A DNA stretch of 64,000 nt from a bacterium. Lineage in GTDB: Bacteria > Zhuqueibacterota > Zhuqueibacteria > Residuimicrobiales > Krinioviventaceae. This document shows positions 57,503-64,000 of this stretch, piece after piece. The DNA lies in assembly GCA_963674595.2 (NCBI GenBank), contig CAXXFV010000008.1, positions 224,001 to 288,000 on the forward strand. The letters are read 5' to 3'. The position numbers and the translations under genes were made by a program. Positions within the stretch are counted from its first letter, which is position 1. Each line of letters opens with the position of its first letter. Below the pieces are notes generated by a model. It made no database searches. It was not told where the DNA came from and saw nothing but the letters and a program-made list of their open reading frames with translations.

Positions 57503-58490
57503 ATGACTGATGATAGTAAAAAAGACAGACCCGAAGGAGATGATTTTTCTCCTGAAAAGAATAATTCTGATGAAAATTCTGAAGGCTATGAAGAGGAACA
57601 GACTGTAAACGATTCCGGGCCTTCTGCAGACGATGTGCCGGATAATGATTCCGGGCAGGATGATATTGATAATATTTCGGAACATCAAGATGATTATGAT
57701 CCGAATGAGTCTGCCGACGTATCCCCTGAACAGGAAAATAGGGATACAACTGAAAAGAAAAAAACACCGAATAAGGAAAAAAAGATGTCGTTTTTAGAAC
57801 ATCTTGAAGAGCTGCGTTGGACGATTTTAAAAAGTCTTGCCGCCATTGTTATCGGTGCTATTGTTTGCTTTTTCTTTTCAGAACAAATTATACATTTTTT
57901 AAGAAAACCCGGTCCCGAAGACTTGAAGCTCATATTTTTAGCCCCGGCTGAAGGTTTTATGATCAATATCAAGGTTGCCATGTATGCCGGTCTTGTTTTG
58001 TCTTTGCCCTATGTAGCCTGGCAGTTTTGGCTTTTTGTCGTACCCGGATTGTTTGAAAAAGAGAAAAAACTCGTTGCACCGATTGTCTTTTTCACTGTTT
58101 TTTGTTTTGCCGTTGGTGCTGCTTTTGCTTATTTGATAATAATACCATTTGGATTGAAATTTTTACTTGGTTTCCAATCGGAATATTTGGCCGCTACCAT
58201 AACTATTGGAAAATATCTCGGTTTCGTTATTACAATATTACTTGTTTTTGGGGTGGTTTTTGAGTTGCCGATACTTTCCTTCTTTTTGACAAAAGTGGGC
58301 CTTTTAACTCCTGAATTTTTACGTTCCAAAAGGTCTTATGGCATTGTTATTATTTTTATTGTTGCCGCCGTACTGACACCTCCGGATATTTTCACGCAAC
58401 TTATGCTGGCAGGTCCGTTTGATTCTTTTATATGAAATTAGTATTTGGGTATCATCAATGGTTAGAAAAAAAACAAAAACAAGCGAATGA
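57503..58490 (+). CDS. tatC: Twin-arginine translocase TatC with acidic N-terminal extension; +1 frameshift near the 3' end as assembled
   Basis: HLEELR, FVVPGL, FELP and TPPD motifs; deleting one T at 58418-58420 restores PLILLYEISI and a stop at 58490. Confidence 0.92.
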
Positions 58491-58511
58491 TGAATAAAAA
58501 TTGGAGTATTA

Positions 58512-59366
58512 TTGATTCAGACAAATTTAATAGATTTACATATACATACAAATCATTCAGATGGTTTATTCAGCCCTGAAAAAGTTGTTGAGGTTGCTAA
58601 TAGGTTAAAACTGAAAGCTATTGCAATTACAGACCATGATACGACTTCTGCTGTGGTGGAAACAATCCATTGTGCTAAAAAGTATGGAATTGAAGTTGTT
58701 CCTGGTATTGAAATAAGTTCAACATGGAACAAAAGGGAATTACATATTTTAGGTTATTTTGTTGATCCTTATAACTCTGAAATAAACGAGTATTCAAAGC
58801 TTTTTCTAGCTGAACGTAAAATAAGGGCACAAAAAAATTGTACAAAGACTTAATGAATTGGGAATTAACATAACCTATGATGTGGTTAAGAAAAAAGCCG
58901 GTGATGGCGCTGTTGGACGTCCTCATGTCGCAGAAACAATGATAGAAGAGGGCTATGTTTACTCTTACCATGAAGCTTTTGAAAAATATCTTGGATTCGA
59001 AAAAGCCGCCTATGTCCCTAAAATTAAAATTTCTCCTGAAAGAGCCATCAATATGATAAAGAATGCCGGTGGTATTCCGTTTCTGGCCATCCCGGTGTTG
59101 GAATTGAAGAAGAAATTATTTTTAAGCTTTTAACAGCCGGCCTTTGTGGCCTGGAAACCATCCATCCGAACCATTCTCCCGCTCAAACAGATTATTATAA
59201 TCAATTTGTGGAAAAACATAATATCTTGCGAAGCGGTGGTTCTGATTGCCACGGTGCAAGGCAGGGTGATATTATGATGGGTGTGCTGGCCATACCTTAT
59301 GATTATTTGGAAAAGATAAAAGAATACAGAACAAAACAGAACGCTACTGTCCGGTTTAGCGTATAA
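58512..59366 (+). pseudogene. PHP-domain phosphoesterase (TrpH/YciV-like), two frameshifts as assembled
   Basis: DLHIHTNHSDG, AITDHD, HILGY, GRPH, LA(H)P and GGSDCHG spread over successive frames; extra A at 58831-58837, missing C at 59087-59088. Confidence 0.88.
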
Positions 59367-59381
59367 AGGATTTTCGTAAAT

Positions 59382-61202
59382 ATGCCAAAACAATATAAAG
59401 TTACTTTTTATCCAAATGAAAAATCCGGTCATTTTAACCCAGACCAAACTCTATTGGAAGCTGCACGTGAACTTGGGATCCATATTTCTGCTGATTGCGG
59501 CGGTGCGGGGATCTGCGCCAAGTGTAAAGTGAAAATTCAATCAGGTGATGCACCTGCAACAAAGTTTGATGATGAATTTTTAAAACCGGAAGAAATTAAA
59601 AGCGGAATACGCCTTGCCTGTAAATCTTTAATACAGTCAGATATGCAGGTTTTTACATTTAATTCCAGTTTAAATGAAGACCAGCATATTTTAAGCGAAG
59701 GAATTAAAAATGGAAAGCACTTGGCTCCGTCCATTCAAAAAAAATATATTAATTTGGAAACACCTTCGCTCGAAACGAATCCATTTGATTATGACGATGT
59801 GCTTAATTCCGTTTCTTTGAATTGCCATACAAGTCCGTCTTTTGATTTTCTAAAAAGCTTGCCTGAAAAACTCAGGCAGAACAATTTTAGCGGCACCGTT
59901 GTTTTTGACGATAATCACATTTTAGACTTGGAAAAGGGTGATACAACCAGTGAAAATTATGGTATTGCTGTTGATTTGGGCACAACCACAGTTGTCGGTA
60001 AATTATATAACCTGCAATCCGGCGCTCACCTGACCACTGTTTCCAAAATGAATACGCAACGGGCCTTTGGCAGTGATGTTATTTCGCGTATTTCCTATGC
60101 GAATGATAATTCGGTCAATGATTTGCAGAATATGGTTATCCAGCTTTTTAATGATATTATAGATACCTGTCTGCATAAAACCGGAATTAAAAGAGAAAAT
60201 ATTTATGAGATAACAGTTGCCGGTAATACGGTTATGGAACATTTTTTTATAGGAATAAATCCGAAATATCTCGCCGAATATCCCTTTGTTCCTGTTTTTA
60301 GAGGGCCGTTTACTTTCAGGGCATCTGAACTGGGAATTAATATTCATCCTCAGGCTAATATATTTTTATTACCAATAATCGGACGATATGTCGGCGGAGA
60401 TACAACCGCTGTTTTACTTGCCTTGCAGGATATTCAGGAAACAACCTGGGTGGCTGTTGATATCGGTACAAACGGTGAAATTGTGCTGCACCATAAAGGA
60501 AATTTGATTTCAACCTCCACAGCCGCCGGACCTGCTTTTGAGGGAGCGCACATAAGCAGCGGTATGCGGGCCATTGACGGTGCGATTGACCGCGTTTTTG
60601 TTAAAGACAATGATCTGCAAATTCATGTTATCGGCGATGTAAAAGCAGAGGGCATTTGTGGTTCCGGTTTGATTGATGCTATCGGTTGTTTGAGGATTTT
60701 GGATGTTATCGATGAAACCGGACGTTTAAGAGATAAAAATGAAATCGACCAAAAACTGCAGGACCGCTTGATAGAAAATGAGGGAAAAGAGTTTATCCTC
60801 GTATATAACAGTGATGGCTCAAAAGTTTCTATAAATCAAAAAGACATTCGTGAAATTCAGCTTGCAAAAGGCGCTATTGCTTCGGGTATTGATATTTTAT
60901 TACAAAAACAAAATATTTCCTATTCGGAGATCGATGCCATATATCTTGCAGGCGCTTTTGGTCAATATATTAGAAAAGATATGGCACTTGCAATCGGCTT
61001 GTTACCGGAAATAGATGAGGAGAAAATTCATTTCATCGGTAATGCGGCCAGCACAGGCGCTGAAATTGCACTGTTTTCAAAAGAGCAAAAGGAAAAATCT
61101 AAAGAGTTGGCCATGTCTTCACAGTTTATTGAAATATCAACGGATATAAATTTTCAAAATTTATTTGCAGAAAAGATGTTTTTTCCTTACATTCAAGTGT
61201 AA
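59382..61202 (+). CDS. 2Fe-2S / ASKHA-domain protein (RACo-like corrinoid reductive activator family)
   Basis: CGGAGICAKC...RLAC 2Fe-2S site; DLGTTT, DIGTNGE, AAGPAFEG, GICGSG and LAGAFG motifs. Confidence 0.9.
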   Translation: MPKQYKVTFYPNEKSGHFNPDQTLLEAARELGIHISADCGGAGICAKCKVKIQSGDAPATKFDDEFLKPEEIKSGIRLACKSLIQSDMQVFTFNSSLNEDQHILSEGIKNGKHLAPSIQKKYINLETPSLETNPFDYDDVLNSVSLNCHTSPSFDFLKSLPEKLRQNNFSGTVVFDDNHILDLEKGDTTSENYGIAVDLGTTTVVGKLYNLQSGAHLTTVSKMNTQRAFGSDVISRISYANDNSVNDLQNMVIQLFNDIIDTCLHKTGIKRENIYEITVAGNTVMEHFFIGINPKYLAEYPFVPVFRGPFTFRASELGINIHPQANIFLLPIIGRYVGGDTTAVLLALQDIQETTWVAVDIGTNGEIVLHHKGNLISTSTAAGPAFEGAHISSGMRAIDGAIDRVFVKDNDLQIHVIGDVKAEGICGSGLIDAIGCLRILDVIDETGRLRDKNEIDQKLQDRLIENEGKEFILVYNSDGSKVSINQKDIREIQLAKGAIASGIDILLQKQNISYSEIDAIYLAGAFGQYIRKDMALAIGLLPEIDEEKIHFIGNAASTGAEIALFSKEQKEKSKELAMSSQFIEISTDINFQNLFAEKMFFPYIQV

Positions 61203-61244
61203 AGGGAAATTATCTGTCGAAATGACGTGTTAAATATTTAGAGT

Positions 61245-61337
61245 TCAAGAATACCCTTGATTCAGGTGGTCGTACTTGTAGCCTCCCTCCTGCAGCGACC
61301 TCCGAGAAATGGCGAGTTTATCTCGCCATTTCTGTTT
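61245..61337 (+). ncRNA. Candidate small RNA: three hairpins, C-rich loop, terminator-like 3' stem
   Basis: TCAAG/CTTGA; GGTGGTCG..TGTAG-CCTCCCTC-CTGCA..CGACCTCC; perfect 12-bp AGAAATGGCGAG/CTCGCCATTTCT. Confidence 0.4.
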
Positions 61338-61393
61338 ATACTCGATAAAAAATTTCCAACAGGACACCCTTTTTATTTATTAAGGAGTTTAGC

Positions 61394-62569
61394 ATGGTAA
61401 ATGAAAAAATTCAGCAGGCTTTTCAAATTCTCAAAGAAAAAAATATAGATATGTGGTTAACCTTTGCCAGAGAAACATCATCCACTCCTGACCCTGTGTT
61501 AGAGTTGATTTTAGGGGCTCATTGTGTATGGCCTTCTGCTTTTATTCTCACAAAAACCGGAAAAGCAATTGCCATTGTCGGCAGCCTGGATGTTCAGAAT
61601 ATTAAAGATCATGCAAATTATGATGTAATAGGCTATGTTGATTCAATAAAAAAAGATCTGCTTAAAACTTTCAAGATATATAATCCCGAATCTATCGCTA
61701 TAAATTATTCTACAAATGATGTACAGGCTGATGGTTTAACACATGGCATGTATTTGATGTTGCGTGAATATTTGGTAGAGACACCTTTTGCTGAAAGACT
61801 GGTATCGAGTGAAGAAATTATCGCTGCTTTAAGGGGACGTAAATCGGATGAAGAAAAAAAACGCATCAAAGCAGCCATTGATGAAACATTGGATATTTTT
61901 AACAAAGTGACGGATTATTTTAAAGTCGGTTTATCCGAAAAAAATGTAGCAGCGTTTATTACCTCTTTAATGAATAAAAAAGGACTTGAACCTGCCTGGG
62001 ATGCGGATCATTGTCCGGCTGTTTTTACCGGCCCGGATACCGCCGGGGCCCATGCCGGTCCAACAGATCGTAAAATTGAGCCGGGTCATATCCTTAATAT
62101 TGATTTTGGTATGAAAAAAGATGATTATGTTTCGGACCTGCAACGCACCTGGTATTTTTTAAAACCCGGTGAAACAGAAGCGCCTGAGCAAGTTCAAAAG
62201 GGTTTTGAGGTCATTCGCGATGCCATACAAAAAGCGGCACAGGCATTGCGCCCCGGTGTTGAAGGCTGGCAAATTGATGCTGTTGCCCGAGATTATATTA
62301 CATCTTTTGGTTATGCTGAATATCCCCACGCTTTGGGCCACCAGGTCGGCCGAAAGGCACATGACGGCTCTGCTTTACTTTGTCCTAAATGGGACCGTTA
62401 TAAAAATTTACCCTTTATGAAAATTGAAGAGGGACAGGTTTTTACACTGGAACCGCGTTTAACTGTTGAAGGGCATGGTGTTGCAACGATTGAAGAGATT
62501 GTTGTTGTAACAAAAACCGGATGTGAATTTTTATCTACACCACAAGAAAAATTAATATGTATTAAATAA
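61394..62569 (+). CDS. M24 family Xaa-Pro aminopeptidase
   Basis: IDFG, SDLQRT, HALGH..G...HD, TLEP and IEE metal ligands. Confidence 0.92.
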   Translation: MVNEKIQQAFQILKEKNIDMWLTFARETSSTPDPVLELILGAHCVWPSAFILTKTGKAIAIVGSLDVQNIKDHANYDVIGYVDSIKKDLLKTFKIYNPESIAINYSTNDVQADGLTHGMYLMLREYLVETPFAERLVSSEEIIAALRGRKSDEEKKRIKAAIDETLDIFNKVTDYFKVGLSEKNVAAFITSLMNKKGLEPAWDADHCPAVFTGPDTAGAHAGPTDRKIEPGHILNIDFGMKKDDYVSDLQRTWYFLKPGETEAPEQVQKGFEVIRDAIQKAAQALRPGVEGWQIDAVARDYITSFGYAEYPHALGHQVGRKAHDGSALLCPKWDRYKNLPFMKIEEGQVFTLEPRLTVEGHGVATIEEIVVVTKTGCEFLSTPQEKLICIK

Positions 62570-62619
62570 TTTTCGAACCAACCGGTACTGGCAGTCTTAA
62601 AAATACACGACTGATATTT

Positions 62620-62674
62620 TTGCGACTGTGGTGATTTCCTGAGAAGCGAATATGCCACAGCTCGCAATTTTTTT
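62620..62674 (+). terminator. Long bulged hairpin with T7 tail after the M24 gene
   Basis: TTGCGA-CTGTGGT ... GCCACAG-C-TCGCAA-TTTTTTT. Confidence 0.5.
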
Positions 62675-62750
62675 GTAATGAAACTAACTTGTAAATTAAC
62701 ACTGGTAAATGATCATAGAAGCGGGGGTATATTTATTGTGAAAGGTAAAC

Positions 62751-63371
62751 ATGATTTTTGAAACTATTATCGTCGGTCCATTTATGATGAATTGTTATAT
62801 TCTGGGATGTGAAAAATCGCACAAAGCTGTTGTTATCGATCCGGGAGATGAACCTGACAATATTTTGGAAAAATTGAAAGAACTTGGCTTGTCATTAGAA
62901 TATATTTTATTGACCCATGCTCATATTGATCACATTGGTGCTGTGGCAGAACTTGTTCAGCAAACCGGAGCAAAGGTTTTAATGCACAAGAATGATGATT
63001 TTTTACGTCTCAATGCCGGTGCCCAGGCTAAAATGTTTAATCTGCCTGTACCCGGGAAATTTACTGTGGATCAATATATTACAGATGATCAAATCATTGA
63101 CCTGGGTCCGTATCAGATTAAAGTCATCCATACACCCGGGCATTCTCCGGGGTGTGTTTGTTATTTGGTTGAAAATCTCCTTATTTCCGGTGATACATTA
63201 TTTTATGAAAGTATTGGACGTACTGATTTATTTAGCGGGTCGTTTTCTGATATCAGTTTGTTTATTCAAAACAAATTATTTGTTCTTGATAAAAACATTA
63301 AAGTTTATCCCGGACATGGTCCGTCCACATCAATAGAACATGAAATGAATAACAATCCCTATGTAAAGTAA
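62751..63371 (+). CDS. Metallo-beta-lactamase fold hydrolase (glyoxalase II/YcbL-like)
   Basis: THAHIDH, HTPGHS, SGDTLF and PGHG motifs. Confidence 0.95.
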   Translation: MIFETIIVGPFMMNCYILGCEKSHKAVVIDPGDEPDNILEKLKELGLSLEYILLTHAHIDHIGAVAELVQQTGAKVLMHKNDDFLRLNAGAQAKMFNLPVPGKFTVDQYITDDQIIDLGPYQIKVIHTPGHSPGCVCYLVENLLISGDTLFYESIGRTDLFSGSFSDISLFIQNKLFVLDKNIKVYPGHGPSTSIEHEMNNNPYVK

Positions 63372-63392
63372 GACAGGCAGTCTAAAATTTCC

Positions 63393-63421
63393 TTGCTAAT
63401 TATTCTTTAATTGTTTATAAT
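63393..63421 (+). promoter_or_regulatory. Sigma70-type promoter of the oxidoreductase operon
   Basis: TTGCTA-N17-TATAAT. Confidence 0.7.
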
Positions 63422-63493
63422 GAACTGCTAATTTAAAATTTACAGGTATGAGTCTAGTTATGCCATGATGTGATAAGACATGAAGGAGGCTGT

Positions 63494-63748
63494 ATGGCTG
63501 AAACTTTAGGCCTGAAACAAGCCAAGGTTGTGGTTCGTGTAGACGAGTGCAAAGGCTGCGGTCTTTGTATAGCAACCTGTCCCGAAGGTGTTTTATATGA
63601 ACAACATACCTTCAACCGATTGGGGTACCATCCGGCCGGATATAAAGGAAGCGGGTGCACGGGGTGTGGAACCTGTTTTTATCAATGTCCGGAACCAGGG
63701 GCGATTACAGTATATAAAAAAGGTTATATTGAAGAGGAGGTGGTTTGA
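63494..63748 (+). CDS. 2x[4Fe-4S] ferredoxin (delta subunit of a 2-oxoacid:ferredoxin oxidoreductase)
   Basis: [12 protein letters not shown] and [12 protein letters not shown]; ATG 63494 follows AAGGAGG. Confidence 0.92.
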   Translation: MAETLGLKQAKVVVRVDECKGCGLCIATCPEGVLYEQHTFNRLGYHPAGYKGSGCTGCGTCFYQCPEPGAITVYKKGYIEEEVV

Positions 63749-63751
63749 TTT

Positions 63752-64000
63752 ATGGCCAAACAACTTATTAAAGGGAACGAAGCGATAGTTAAGGGTGCGA
63801 TATTAGCAGGATGTCGCTATTTTTTTGGTTATCCAATTACTCCAGCCTCCGAAATTGCAGAAGCAGCCGCGTTTTATATGCCTCTCGTCGGAGGCACTTT
63901 TTTGCAGGCTGAAAGTGAAGTTGCTTCCATAAACATGTTGTATGGCGCTGCTTCCGGTGGTATCCGTGCTATGACAGCGTCTTCCAGTCCCGGTATGAGC
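63752..64000 (+). CDS. vorB: 2-oxoacid:ferredoxin oxidoreductase alpha subunit (VorB-like), partial
   Basis: Absent from the ORF track; translates as [11 protein letters not shown]...[11 protein letters not shown]...QAESEVAS...TASSSPGMS. Confidence 0.88.
   Translation, partial: MAKQLIKGNEAIVKGAILAGCRYFFGYPITPASEIAEAAAFYMPLVGGTFLQAESEVASINMLYGAASGGIRAMTASSSPGMS

Noticed and set aside
53147-59088. Programmed frameshifting or phase variation of rnf, tatC and the PHP gene
   Set aside because: Runs are short (2-7 nt) and of mixed base, I saw no stimulatory structures, and these gene types are not typical phase-variable targets
62620-62667. TPP riboswitch (CTGAGA present)
   Set aside because: Lacks the downstream ACCTGA...GGGA core, and the adjacent gene is unrelated to thiamine

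Overview
AT-rich bacterial core-genome window, most consistent with an anaerobic FCB-group organism (KSB1/Calditrichota-like; inferred from RpoA/RpoB/RpoC and QueA sequence style, not from a search). It holds a minus-strand TPR / Re-citrate-synthase-like / GGCT-like operon, then yebC-ruvCAB-queA-ispDF-cysS and a Thr-Tyr-Gly-Thr tRNA cluster. The full tuf-rpmG-trpT-secE-nusG-rplKAJL-rpoBC-str-S10-spc-alpha supercluster follows, then hutU-hutI, an outer-membrane lipoprotein/barrel/TPR triplet, rpiB-glyA-nrdR and rnfCDGEA with no rnfB. The window ends with tatC, a PHP hydrolase, a RACo-like 2Fe-2S/ASKHA protein, an M24 peptidase, an MBL hydrolase and the start of a 2-oxoacid:ferredoxin oxidoreductase operon. 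I saw no mobile elements or CRISPR arrays. The most novel-looking signals are non-coding: a two-state RNA structure with short uORFs between rpsG and a divergent fusA, and a three-hairpin sRNA-like element with an exposed anti-Shine-Dalgarno loop at about 61.2-61.3 kb. Six homopolymer frameshifts cluster at 53.1-59.1 kb and are probably assembly errors. All RNA structures were paired by eye; nothing was folded or searched computationally.
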